From: Octopus vulgaris
Taxonomy: Eukaryota
Reading direction: 5' to 3'
Length of the DNA: 64,000 bases
NCBI GenBank assembly: GCA_951406725.2
Contig: OX597814.1
Span: 141,980,001 to 142,044,000 of the forward strand
The notes under the pieces are model-generated. The model had not been told where the DNA came from. It searched no databases and saw only the letters and a list, made by a program, of their open reading frames with translations. Below, one piece after another: positions 35,703 to 49,262 of this stretch. The number at the start of each line of letters is the position of its first letter. Positions within the stretch are counted from its first letter, which is position 1. Both the position numbers and the translations under genes were made by a program.

Positions 35703-37210
35703 AATATAAGGATTTCCTTTCATAAGCTCTCTTGTGACTCTGGCAGCCGAAGAAAAGCAAAAAAATTGGGAATATGTATCATATATGAATGTGTGGACAC
35801 CAGGGAAATAAGACCTGTGTATCATATGTGATACACATGGCAGGCAAAGGGTTAAGGGGGTTAGCTAATTACATCAGCCCTAGTACTTCAATAACAACAA
35901 CAACAATGATTTCCTAATTATTACAGAAGAGCACAGACTTAAGTAGAATTGTACAGTTGATTAGAGCCACCCCAGTATTTCACTGGTATCTGTTCATTTT
36001 GTCAAAACTAGAAGTGGGATGCAACAATAAATTAACGAAGGCAGTAACAACAACAACAACTAAAATAATAATAATAATAATAGTAATAATAATAATAATA
36101 ATAATAATTTCTTACACATGCACACGGGCAGAAACATTCACGTGGTGGGAGAAAATTGTATGATGTGAAGCTCATGCCTATATCAAAGACATTTAACTAT
36201 AAGCAAGTGGAATGAAATGGCTATTACAGGAGTGGAATGTGAGAGCAGGTTGTACAGTCAGTCCTCAAAGAATTCGTTTTGTGTTCTACAGCTGGCACTT
36301 GTTGAGACAAAAAAGCAAAGAACTTAAAGTAAGGCATGAGAAGTTTGTGAAGAGACTTGGAACAGTGTTACTGTAATTAATTGTTTTGAGGGCAACATTC
36401 GTTTGATTGGGTACAAAGTTTGTAGGTAGTGGGGCAAAATGTTGAAGTGGACTGTAATCTTTTGATTCTTGTTTTGCCTAGAGCAAGATTGCCCTCTGGA
36501 TAGTTCTGTTGTCATAATGGTAACAATGGAAGTGAAAATCAAAATAAATAAAGAGTAAGTAAAAGAAAACAACAAATCATGAACATATCCTGGCGTCCTT
36601 GAAAAGAAAAGAAACGAAACTGAATGGCTGTCTGCCTGAAGTGGTTGACAATAACACCAACAACAACGATGATGATGATGATACTAACAACAACAAAAAC
36701 GATGATAACAATAATGTAATGGCTGTCACAGAAATAACAAAAATCAACAATCAGAGCCTACAACAACAAATACGGAACTGTCACAATTACAGCAATGGTA
36801 ACCAGGACAAGAATAACAAGAATAACAATTATAAAACTATGGTTCCCTCTACCTTTTCATTATATCAGCAGTCAGCTGACAGTTAAGTATTTACGTTAAG
36901 GGAGTTTTTGCCTACTAATTGTATGGATAATTTCAGTTAATTGAAGTTTCGTTTCTTTTTTTTTTTTTCGACTCACAATATTTTACATTTGTGAAGCTCC
37001 ATCGTAAATTAATTACAGCTTTTAGCAACACTAATTATACAGATACAGAATCACATTCCCTAGCTATAGATCGTCATGCTGTCGTTTTTATATGAATTTC
37101 CCATGCACGACACTTACAGTTCGTGAGTTCAAATCTGCATGGTGCTTGATTTTTTCTCTCTCCAATGACAAGAGAAATAATTAGTAATATTCTGCACTTA
37201 TTCAGATTTT

Positions 37211-37617
37211 CAGGGCCATCTTAGCGACATTATAGGCCCCCACCAGACGGAATAATGCACTGGGCCCTGTAGTTACCTGTGGTTAGGGTTCACGATCGTA
37301 ATGTCGTGAGTTCAATTCCCGGCGACGCGTTGTGTCCTTGAGTAAGACGCTTTATTTCTCATTACTCCAGTTCACTCAGCTAGCAAAAATGAGTAGTACC
37401 TGTCCTTCATTCTATGTTACACTGAATCGCCCAGAGAACTATATACAGGTTGTTCTGTTGATCGTGTCAACTGGAACCTCCATCACCATAACCGACAGAG
37501 CCCCAGTTTTATTTATACACTGAATGCTACAACATACGTAGATTAGAACTGGGTTCCTGGACCCGTGCCCCCAACCTCGTTAACTGCCCAGTGTACTGAT
37601 GTAATAAGACGGCACTG
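37211..37617. mobile_element. hAT-type MITE with nested family C SINE (about 37278-37505)
   Basis: TIRs CAGGGCCATCTTA / TAAGACGGCACTG; 8-bp TSD cagatttt / cagattat. Confidence 0.8.
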
Positions 37618-37689
37618 CAGATTATAGATTCCTGTCATTTATTTCTGTAACTTCTGGCAAACTGAGAGGCAGATATTCACTTCTGTAGT

Positions 37690-37990
37690 GAAACCATCTT
37701 GGAAATCTCCAGCATGCATGCGCAGAGTTGGATTCTTCCAGGAGGCTGCCGGAAGTTCCCTCATACGCATGTGCAGAGAACTAGCAGCAATGAAATTCCC
37801 TTGTATTGTTCTCTTGAACTCCAGCAGCTGAACCAGACAGTCGTGTTTCATCAGCTCTCTCAAGCTGCTACCTCGTGGCATATCTCCGCTATGCTTGAAC
37901 GGACAGGATTTGGCTCACTCCACTTGACTACTGCGATAAGCTCCTCGGCTGCCGATTCGCCCAGAAAGAAGAATGTATATATTGCAAATC
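37690..37990. promoter_or_regulatory. Candidate promoter/enhancer: GC- and CpG-richer unique island
   Basis: ETS motif CCGGAAGT (37749-37756), NRF1-like GCATGCGCA (37716-37724) and CGCATGTGCA (37766-37775); about 7 kb upstream of the first identified GRASP exon. Motif evidence only. Confidence 0.35.
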
Positions 37991-39799
37991 AAGAAATAAA
38001 TATTTATACTGTTGAAGTTAATTGGAAGTCTTGACTCTTTCCTTCGATTAATATTTAATGTAAAGGATGCGAGCTCCACCCATCCAGTGTTACAGACTTT
38101 TCATCCTGTTACATTTCTGAAGGAGAAATTGAACTAAAAGTTTTCTCGTTAATGAATCACATGAATGAACTTCTACATGGTCGACTTTTTAGAAATAGCA
38201 GTCGAATATCTCTCTCCCTCAGGTCTTCTGCAACAATCTCAAACAAAGAACTCCACGTTGGATAATGTAGACTTACATCTATATCTATAATTTGTCTGAA
38301 AATAAGATAGGATGGTCACGGTTGGACCGTCTACGGTCTTGTTTAACTTGGAGCTAAACAACAGCTGGTGTACTGTTTGGAGTGGTGAATTATAACAACC
38401 TTTGACATCTGCTTAGATTGCAGTAGGCAAGGCAGTTATTAAGAGTTGAAGTACCTTAGCCACAAACACAATGCAAGCTGTAGTGAACTTGGGTATATTA
38501 CATGATGTTAATATGATGTGTAATGTGATGTGGTCATTGTTAGCGTTATTGATACTGTTGGTTACTTTTGTCCAGGTCTTTGCTGCTTGTTTTATGGCTC
38601 AACATCATTGTTTTAACATCTATTCTTCCATGGTTCAGATGGAATTTGTTGAGGCAGATTTTTTATGACTGGGTGCTCTTTCTGTCATCAACCCTCACCT
38701 GTTTCCAAGGAAGATTGGAAATGAATGACACCACTTGTATGACAGTGAGATTCTTTTACAACAGTCATAAAATGTCAAGACAATAACACACACAAGGCTT
38801 CTTTCAGTTTCCATTTACAAATCCACTCAAGGCTTTACTTGACCAGGGCTCTAGTAGAAGACACTTGCCCAAGGTGTCACACAGAAGGACTGAACCTGAG
38901 ACCACATAGGTGGGAAACAAACTTGGTAACTTTTTTTATTTTACATGACCCTCTGGTAGACCTTGAATCTGGTGACTATTGAATACAGACGGCCACATTA
39001 GCAATTACATAAGCAGATTGCGCTAAAATTTCTGCTGACTGTGATGAGCTCATCATTAGTTTTTATCAGGTTAGCTATTTTTAGTAGTGCAATGAGCATT
39101 GTATTTTCATTTTCAGTGATAAGATTTGTACTATCCACTTATTATGCATTATGTAACGTGACATAACCAACACATTACCTAATTATACGTTATGATGAGA
39201 CAGTATTTCTCTATATACTGCAATAATAATCATTTCTATTATTGGCACAAGGCCTGAAATTTTGGAGGAGGGCTAAGTTGATTACATTGACCCCAGTACT
39301 CAACTGGTAGTAATTTATCAATCTTGAAAGAATGAAAGGCAAAGTCAACTTAGGTAGAATTTGAATTCAGGATGTAAAGATGGGCGAAATGCCTACGAAA
39401 TGCTGCTAAGCATTTTGCCCAGTGTGCTAACGGTTCTGCTAGTTTGCTGCCTTTATATGATGCATTAATAATGACTTCCAGCTTTGATGATTTCCAACTT
39501 TGACACAGCTATGTTTGACTGGCCTCTGTCAGCTACAATGATGAGTGGTCTAGTTTGTGCGGTAAATGGAACAGCCTGCTCATGAAATGAACATGCATGT
39601 GGCTGAGCACTCCACAGACATGCATAACCTTAATGTATTCCTCAGAGAGATTGAGCATGGTAGAGAATGTGACAAGGCTGGTCCTTTGATATCAGGTACT
39701 ATTCGTTTCTGTCAGCTGATTGATTGAACTGGAACAATATGAAATAAAGTTTCTTGCTCCAGGACACAATGTGCTACCAGATAATATTAAATAAATAAA

Positions 39800-40284
39800 T
39801 GCACCCTTTTAAAGCCTAACCAGGCTCATGGGCCCAGCTTTCCGGTTTGAATGTGTTCCCCAGCTGGATGGGATGCCAGCCCATTGCAGCATTACTCATT
39901 TTTGCCAGCTGAGTGGACTGGAGTAATGTGAAATGAAGTGTTTTGCTCAAGAACACGTGTAGGCCAGTCCAGGAATCGAAACCACAATCTTACGATCATG
40001 ATGCTGACACCCTAACCACTAAGCCAAGCACCTCCACTGTGCCCTTTTCAAGCCTAACCAGGCTCATGGGCCTGGTTTCCTGGTTTCAATGGCGTATGTG
40101 TTCCCCAGCTGGATGGGATGCCAGTCCATTGCAGCATTACTCATTTTTGCCAGCTGAGTGGACTGGAGTAACGTGAAATGAAGTGTTTTGCTCAAGAACA
40201 CAAGGCGTCACCCAGTCCAGGAATTGAAACCACAATCTTACAATCATAATACTGACACCTTAACCACTAAGCCATGCGTCTCCA
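39800..40284 (-). mobile_element. Head-to-tail dimer of family C SINE
   Basis: Two highly similar units of about 240 bp, joined at about 40038. Confidence 0.88.
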
Positions 40285-41692
40285 CGTGCTACCAGATACT
40301 AGTGCATTTCCAGACAGACCCCACCCACATACATTTATATGAATAAAAACACATTTAAACATACACACACACACATCAGATAGATAGATAGATAGATAGA
40401 TAGAGAGAGAGAGCAAGCCAAATACCCAGACCACAAAGCCATGTGATTCCATATGCTATGCTTGAGCTGCAGCCATGGCTGTGTGATTCTAAAGACCATT
40501 TTGCAAACAAGGTTTTGAGTTTGGCCACAGTACGACACTTTTGGCGAGCATCTGCTAATATAGCCTGAACCCAAGTCAATTCCTTACGAGTGCAATTAGT
40601 AGATAGAAACTGAGAAGGAGCTGATTGGCATATGGTTTCATAGTTTGACAGGACACAAGGGCCCAGGAACTGCAGTGCTCCAGTGGCATGATTTCTGTTG
40701 CTGATGCCCTTCTGGGTGTGACAAACACTCTTCAGTATGTACTTGGTGCTGTTTTTCGTGCCACCAATACTGTTGACATCTCCATACAGCTGGTATGGCT
40801 ACAAATCACTGCAATTGAGTGGGGCTACAATAGAGTGGGATGCAACTTTAAGGTAGGAGACAAGAGGATATGAAAAAAGGGGCCATCTGCAGCAGATGAC
40901 ATTTTCTCATTTGCTGCCCTCACAGGAGCTATTGCCTAAGTTAAAAATCATTATATTAGAGCAATTACTATTGTCTTTAACAATTAAATGCTTTTTTAAA
41001 ATTCAACCAACTCAAATATGGGTGGAGTAGAGTGAAACATAGTCAGCCAAGTAGCCTGAGGCAAGCAGTGTTATCTCCCTTGGTGAGGGGACCAATTGCC
41101 CCATTTTCCATCTCACAGTGATATCCACATTATACATACTCTCTTTGATGAATGCCAAATCATTTATCTTGACAAATTTTCCCTTATGTGACAAAGTAAT
41201 GTTTGCACATATTTTAGTTTCAATTAGAAAAATACAGTTATTAATAACCACCACTACCACAACAACTGACCCCAGTATCATGATTATTAGTAACACTCAG
41301 TATTCGCCCTGTCAGGTTTAAAATCACCACCACAACCACTACCACCACTGCCACCGCCACCACCATCATCATCATGATCACCATAGTTTTGTCCTATTTG
41401 AATAGTTACTGCTGTTATGCAGTTTCAGCTCAGAGTTAATTGCAAACCTATTTTATCTTTTACTTGTTTCAATCATTAGACTGTGGCCATGCTGGGGCAA
41501 TGCCTTGAAGAATTTTGAAGTCAAATGAACCAATTCCAGTATTATTTTTTTCTTTTTTAAGCCTGTTGCTTATTTATTCTATTGGTCTCTTTTGTTGAGC
41601 AGTTATGTTCAAATGCATTCCAATCAGGACCATCCCATCTGTTTTCATATTACAGGGGCTACTGTATTATCTAATGTGACAGTAATAGCATG

Positions 41693-41755
<63 letters not shown>

Positions 41756-42284
41756 CTATGTCATCTCTTGCAGAGTCTTCCTTGTTCCATATTGAAATGG
41801 GTTGGATAGGTGTATTAAAAACCTTGAAAATCTGTTACATTTAAAAAAATTCTAATGTAGGTATCATCATGGGAGTGAACCTGGGATCTCCTGACTGAAA
41901 AGCAAACTTCTTAATAGCTTAGCTATGCTTGTCTCCAGGCCATACTAACATACACACACATGCATGCACGTGCCTATACATGCATACATACATGCATTTC
42001 CAGACTGCCCACCCCCACATACATATATATGAATAAAAACACATTTAAACACACATACATCCTGTATATACACATCAGATAGATAGATAGATAGATAGAG
42101 AGAGTTATTGATAAACACTACAATCATAACTGTGTATCAGAAAGTATGAACTCATACACACACGCACTCTCTCTCTCTCTCTCTTTCTCTCCCCCTCTCT
42201 CTCTCCTGCTATTCGTAGAAAGGTCCGAGGTGTTGCAAAGGTCAAGGAAGAACTTGCCAAGTGATAATGTAAATTTGATAAAAA

Positions 42285-42303
42285 GCCAGCAGGTGGCACT
42301 AGT
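42285..42303 (+). promoter_or_regulatory. CTCF-like binding motif
   Basis: GCCAGCAGGTGGCACTAGT matches the CCASYAGRKGGCRS core, in non-repetitive sequence. Confidence 0.5.
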
Positions 42304-42399
42304 GGGGTGAATGAAGTTAACAAGCGGTGACTGGTACCGGTAGTAGCGGGGAGAGGAGGGGAGCAATGTACTTAGACATAACTCACACCTGGCAGTTAC

Positions 42400-42437
<38 letters not shown>

Positions 42438-42959
42438 GCTATGATGGGAGGAGGAAGTGGCGAAGTAATAGTGTGGAGGGAAGAGGTAAATAACAAGGGT
42501 GATAGATCATTAATAAATATTTGTAATATACAATAAGTTCGTGCTGTGAGGTGTGATCTGTTGTTTAGACAAGGGCCAGTCTTTGACCCCTTCCTCCTCC
42601 TCCTCCTTCTCTTTCACCTCCAGTGGGTCCCTGACTGAAACGATTTTATTTACTAACGTTATTGTTTTGTTGCTGACGTAGACTACTACTCATTAACATA
42701 TATAATTGCAATGAATAACAATAATTCAATTAGAAATATTATATGATGAGGAAAAAACATCATCTTAATGATTAATATTATTGTTTTATTTGGAAATTTC
42801 TAAAACAAGTCTATTCTGGCCAAGAGCAGTGTAGCAAGAAAGCAGTGATCTGCCCTGGGTGACGCTTTTATAGAGGCAGCAATTTTTGGTCTACTGTATA
42901 AACCTGTATACAGGAAATGGGGAATGAGGATTTTAAACCCAAGGATGGTTCCGGGTGGC

Positions 42960-43120
42960 ACATACACTCTAGCGACGTCACTGTGTATGAGTGTGAAGTA
43001 TGGACTCTAAAGTTGACGGCCTCTAAGCGATTAAGGGTGTTTGGGGGTGATATGGCCTGGAGAACAACTGATTTAGTTCTGGGAGACATAGGTGTAGAAT
43101 GAGATTTTGTGACGATGGTC
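42960..43120 (+). mobile_element. Old RTE-like LINE fragment
   Basis: VYECEVWTLKLTASKRLRVF resembles the LYGxExWTL....RL..FE motif. Confidence 0.55.
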
Positions 43121-43556
43121 AGAGTAAATAGTAATATTTTGACTATTTTATCAGGGCCCAGAAACTCTGAACCAGCATCATCAGGGGCTGGGTGGTGGGG
43201 GCAGAAGGTGGGCTTATTGGTGGCAACAATGATGATGGATTGATGATCTGAAGAGTTGGCTGGAAGGGACCCTAGAAGAATGTAGAGTTGTAGTAAGAGA
43301 TTACAGTGTGTGGAGAATTGTTACACCTGAGTCCAAACCCTAAGCTTCATCCATACACACATACACATACAACAGGTTTCCCCACATCTCCAATTCATTC
43401 ACAGGCATTGGTCAGTCAGTGGCTATAGTAAAAGACACTTGCCCAAGTTGACATGCAATGGGACTGAACCTGAAACCATGTGGTTACAAAAAGCAAGCTT
43501 CTTAACCACACAGCCATGCCTGTGTCTATACCTGTATAAATCTCCATAACTAAATA

Positions 43557-43787
43557 CCTATTTCTTTACTACCCACAAGGGACTAAACACAGAGGGGGAA
43601 AACAAGGACAGACAAACGGATTAAGTCGATTATATCGACCCCAGTGCGTAACTGGTACTTATTTAATCGACCCCAAAAGGATGAAAGGCAAAGTTGACCT
43701 AGGTGGAATTTGAACTCAGAACGTAGCAGCAGACGAAATACCGCTAAGCATTTCACCCGTGCTAACGATTCTGCCAGCTCACCACCT
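43557..43787 (-). mobile_element. SINE family B
   Basis: Reverse complement of the 32433..32649 type; flanked by taaatacc. Confidence 0.9.
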
Positions 43788-43964
43788 TAAATACCACAAG
43801 CAATTTGTTCAATGCTCAAAAGATTCTACCAATCTGAGTTTCTCTTCAAAGGAAGCATCAATAAATTATAAATGAATAAAATTGTTGTTATTGTTGTTGC
43901 TGTTGTTCAACCTATCTCATCAAAAACATTCTGTCTCAGATATTTTTTTTGCTGTTGCATAAGT

Positions 43965-44368
43965 GCAAGGGTGGCTGTGTGCTAAGAAGCTTGTTTCCCA
44001 ACCACATGGTTCTAGGTTCAGTCCCACTGCGGAATACCTTGGGCTAGAGTCTTCTACTATAGCATTGTGCTGACGAAAGCCTTGTGAGTGGATTTGGTAG
44101 ACGGAAACTGAAAGAAGCTCGTCGTATATATGTGTACATATTTATGTGTGTGTATGTCTTTGTATCTGCGTTTGTCCCCCTTACCTTTGTTTGACAACCA
44201 ATGTCGGTGTGTTTATGTCCCTGTAACTTAGCAGTTCAGCAAAAGAGACTAATAGAAAGTGGTAGGCTTACAAAGAATAAGTGCAGAGGTCGATTTCTTT
44301 GACTAAAACTCTTTAAAGCAGTGCTCCGGCAAGGCCACTGTCAAATGACTGAAACATATAAAAGAATA
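43965..44368 (+). mobile_element. SINE family A
   Basis: Full head, body and tail. Confidence 0.88.
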
Positions 44369-44664
44369 GGTGTAAGCATAACCATGTGGTCAAGAAGTTT
44401 GCTTTGCAACCATATGGTTTTGGGTTCAATCCCACTGGTGGTTACTTTGGGTCACATGTCTTCTACAGTTGCCCTGAGCTGAGCAATGCCCTGTGAGTGA
44501 ATTTGATAGATGGAAACTGTGTGGAAGCCCGTAGACCAGTGGTTTCCCAAAGTGGGTGGTACTGCCTCTGTAAAAGCGGTGGAAAGATCTGGTGGGGGGA
44601 TGTTGAAGAATAATGGGGTGATCAAAATGGGGCAATGGATGTAAAAAAAACAAAATAATGGGTT

Positions 44665-45022
44665 AAATGTTTCAGTTATTTGACTGTGGCCATGCTGCAG
44701 CACCGCCTTTAGTCAAGCAAATCGACCCCAGGACTTATTCTTTGTAAGCCTAATACTTATTCTATCGGTCTCTTTTGCTGAACTGCTAAGTTACAAGGAC
44801 GTAAACACACCAGCATTGGTTGTCAAGCAATGTTGGGGGTGACAAACACAGACACACTAACACATGGGCTTCTTTCAGTTTCCGTCTACCAAATCCACTC
44901 ACAAGGCTTTGGTTGGCCCGAGGCTATAGTAGAAGACACTTGTCCAAGGTGCCATGCAGTGGAACTGAACCTGGAACCATGTGGTTGATAAGCAAGCTAC
45001 TTACCACACAGCCACTCCTGCA
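44665..45022 (-). mobile_element. SINE family A, inverted relative to 43965..44368
   Basis: Reverse complement of family A. Confidence 0.9.
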
Positions 45023-46040
45023 CCTATTTGTATAAATAGTCTTTCATTTCCTTTGGTATTTTTGTCTAGTTGTGTTGGTGGCTGCTTCCTGTGGCATAAA
45101 TACGACCTGCACTCATGACATGTAATGTGCTTTATATTTTTTTTGTAGTTTATTGTGGAGAAGTTAAGCCTAAGTAGGACTAGCAAAGTCCTACAACTCT
45201 ATCTCTCCCAGGTAGAACTAGCAGAATCCATAAAGGATATGGCTTGTTGTTGTTGTTGTTGCTGCTGCTCATACTTAACTCCAGATTATTCCTGATTGAG
45301 TAGACCTAAGATCAAAGACTTTCCAGCCATGTCACACCAATGTGTATTTCCTAATTTCAGATGGTAGAGAAAATCTGGCAGTTATTTCTTATATTTGCTT
45401 GCTCACACATGGTTGAACAAACAAAATAAGTCAATAGATTGAATTTTTGTTGAAAATTATTCAAAGAAATAAACAATAACAAAAAACAAAAACAATCATG
45501 GCTGATATTTGCAGAAAGTTACACAAAATAAGTTATATGCCGCTTTATAGGAAAACTTGGCGGCCTTTGTAGAAAATTTAAGAAAGTTGTTTATGCTTCT
45601 GTAGACAACTTGATATTGGCAGTAAGTTTCAGAAAAGTTGTGTTATAGAAAACTTGGCATTGGTAGAAGGCTTCAGGAAGTTGTGTGTGTGTGTGTGTAT
45701 CAATGTGCTTTTTTCCCCTTCACTAATAAAAAGTTGGCATATGCTGTTTCTCTGTTGATCTCTGGTTGCCGTCTGGGCTAAAGTGAACTATTTAAAAGAC
45801 ATAGGAACCTGCTATTGAGGTTTCTAACACTTTTATCTTGACAATCAATCCATTTTTGATACATATTGAATTGTAATCTGTGTTAGACTGTATGCCACAC
45901 TGTACTTCTGCTTACGAGGTCTGATCAAAAAGCATAAAGTATGCTGAGTGAAGTCACTTGGCACAGATTGACCTTGAACTCTGTCATACATGCGCACTAA
46001 GAACATTCTAGCTCACATCTTGGAAGTAAAGTGTGTAGAG

Positions 46041-47028
46041 CAGTGTTTCTCAACCTTTTTACCCTTGTGTAACCCTTAAAATAATTACATGTCTCAAGGA
46101 GCCCCTGCGCATAAAATTAAATATCAAATCAAATTCGATGACTGGCGTCCGTGCTACTGGAGTGCTAAGAGTATCATACAAGCGTGATTGTTGCCAGAGC
46201 AAGAAGCTGGCCTCCATGCCAGTAGCACGTAAAAAACACCATTCAAGCGTGATCATTACCTGCATCGCCTTACTGGCACTTGTGCTGGCGGCACGTGAAA
46301 AAATATTTGAGCAAGGTCGTTGCCAGTGCCACTGGACTGGCTCCTGTGCAGGTGGCACATAAAAAGCACCATTTGAGCATGGCTGTTGCCAGTACCGCCT
46401 GACTGGTCCTCATGCAGGTGGCATGTAAAAGCACCTACTACACTCTTGGAGTGGTTGACGTTAGGAAGGGCATCCAGCTGTAGAAACTCTGCCATATCAG
46501 ATTGGAGTCTGGTACAGCCATCTGGTTTGCCAGATCTCAATCGAATCGTCCAACCCATGCTAGCATGGAAAGCAGACGTTAAACGATGATGATGATGATC
46601 TTGAACATATTTTTTTTAATCATAGTTCATGTGGTAAATATATGATTGATCACTAAATCCACAATTTTTTTTTTATTCTCTCTCTGTTTATTTCCGCATA
46701 TTCCTTTCTGTCGAAAAGCTCGAAACTTTCTTACTTTCCCGAACATCAAACTAATACACCTACTTGTCGTTCATACACCCATCTTTGTCTTTTGTTTTTC
46801 TGTAAATTTCAACTATATATATGGTTGTTATATTTTTTTGATAACATAGTAGGTGAGATAGGAAGATGTCTATATTACAATATTACAATAACCAATAACA
46901 TGTTGTGTATTTATAGTAATATTACAATCATGAAATTAGCATTAACTTATCTCACTCTTTCTCATGGTACTCCTAGGAACCTTTTGTGGAACCCTAGGGT
47001 TCCGAGAAACCCCGGTTGAGAAATGCGG
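46041..47028. mobile_element. hAT (Charlie/Buster-type) MITE nested in the mariner
   Basis: TIRs CAGTGTTTCTCAACC / GGTTGAGAAATGCGG; perfect 8-bp TSD gtgtagag (46033-46040 / 47029-47036). Confidence 0.9.
46124..46598 (+). mobile_element. Family D retroposon nested in the hAT MITE
   Basis: Internal GGCACGTAAAAAGCACC-type repeats, TTAGGAAGGGCATCCAGCTGTAGAAA, tail GACGTTAAAC(GAT)n. Confidence 0.88.
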
Positions 47029-48614
47029 GTGTAGAGTATGGTCATCTCAAAAAAAAAGATTGGGTTTAAGCCATGCAGCATCTCGTTGATTGTGTCGAGG
47101 AAAATTAAAGCTTTTTGAAAACAGGCATAACTGGTGACGAATCATGTGTCATTGGTTATGACCCCAAAAACCAAAGCAAAAATCAAATCCCACTTGAAAG
47201 GAACAAGATTTCCAGACATTGAGGAAATCCAAGAGAATGCAACAAGGTGGCTGCTCACTATCCCAAAGAAGAAGCTCCAGCAATGCTTCCATCAATGGAA
47301 ACAACGCTAAAGTCTGGCTTCAGAAAAGGTCTACTTTGAAGGAAATTAAATGTCGAATTGATATGTTGCAGTTTTGTTTCTATAGCACCAGTCGCTGCCA
47401 CCACTTAACATCATCATTATCTTTTGATATTCATTTTCCACACTGGTATGGGTTGGATGCCTAATACTTTTTGATCAGACCTCATACAGTTTGATACTTG
47501 CCTAGCATTCGATTTCAAAATTAAATGGAACATAGGCAGTTATATATTTCATTATAAATATGGTTACAAAAGGGTTCAAAACGTATGTGTTAAGTCCTAT
47601 GACTTAAAAAATCCCCTGGCAAACTATGGTAGTTAGGGCATGTGAAGGCACATGGCTCAGTGGTTAGAGAGTCAGGCTCACAATCATGAGGTAGTGAATT
47701 CAATTTCTGGACCGGGCATTGTGTTCTTGAGCAAGACACTTTATTTCTCATTGTTCCAGTTTATTCAGCTGTAGAAATATGTCATGACATCACTGTTTCC
47801 AAGCTGTATCAGCCTTTGCCTTTCTCTTGGATAACATCAGTGGTGGAGAGAGGAGAGGCTGGTATGAATGGGAACTGCTGATCTTCTATAAACAACCTTG
47901 TCTGGACTTGTGCCTCCCATGGTCATTCATGACAGAAGAAGGTTTTTACCCTTACCCTTTTAAAGGGCATTTATCACAATGGACTTGTGAGATCATCCCG
48001 AGGCTTAGTATTATCAATGACAAAACGTCTAAAACAAAGAAGGTACAATTAAAAGCTAGTCTTCTTGTGCCGTGATAATGTAAATATTTCAAATGCCATC
48101 TGATCTGAGATATTCTAGAAAAGGTTATGTGACAGAAAAACCATAAACATTGTTGCCAGAAGAAAGATGCAGCTGGTTGGTTGGCTGGTAGGCTGGCTGG
48201 AATTATTTCTTAAGGAGCATCACACTTCATATAGGAAACATTTGAAGTATGCCAGGAGCAGGGGATGGTGTGGAGAAAGCAAGACAGAGAAACAACTTCA
48301 TATGTGTGTACTTATATGAATAAATATATGTATATATATATATATATAGAAAGAGAGAGCTTATATAATGAAGTGACACATACAGACATCATTTGTATGT
48401 TGTATGAAGTCACATACTTTCATAAGAACAGAAGGATGATAATAGAGACACAGTTTTGTCCATTAACAATGCAAAGTCTTTATGTATATGTATATATGTG
48501 TGTGTTTACATAGGCATACACACACTCATATGCACATACATTCATAAAGACACACACAATACACTTTAAAAATTTAAGGTCAGTATACAACTGGTCACAT
48601 ATTAACTAGATATG

Positions 48615-48672
48615 AATATATATATATATACATATCTCTCTCTGTATATATACATATATATATACATATATA

Positions 48673-48767
<95 letters not shown>

Positions 48768-48909
48768 TTAAACGATGATGATATATAAATATATATCTAT
48801 ATATATACATATATATATACATATATATATACATATATATACATATATATATATACATATATATACATATATATACATATATATATATATATACATATAG
48901 TATATATAT

Positions 48910-48948
<39 letters not shown>

Positions 48949-48955
48949 TAAGTAC

Positions 48956-48986
<31 letters not shown>

Positions 48987-48989
48987 TAA

Positions 48990-49026
<37 letters not shown>

Positions 49027-49063
49027 TAAGTACAGTATATATATATATATATACATATATAAG

Positions 49064-49105
<42 letters not shown>

Positions 49106-49134
49106 AATATATATATATATATACATATATAAGT

Positions 49135-49176
<42 letters not shown>

Positions 49177-49179
49177 TAA

Positions 49180-49220
<41 letters not shown>

Positions 49221-49262
49221 TAAGTACATATATATATATATATATATACATATATATATACA
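48615..49262. repeat. About 650 bp (TA)n array with periodic TAAGTAC interruptions
   Basis: Direct reading; source of the 241, 153 and 113 aa Y/I ORFs. Confidence 0.95.

Larger units (their letters stand above)
45915..47484 (+). mobile_element. Deleted mariner element hosting nested insertions
   Basis: TA-CGAGGTCTGATCAAAAAG ... CTTTTTGATCAGACCTCA-TA; remnants ITGDESCVIGYDPK (about 47127) and LKGTRFPDIEEIQENATRWL...CFHQWKQR...YFEG. Confidence 0.9.

Noticed and set aside
37639-38034. 80-aa (-) and 111-aa (+) ORFs as a GRASP start exon or small gene
   Set aside because: No recognisable domain and no suitable phase-0 donor found; kept only as a regulatory candidate.
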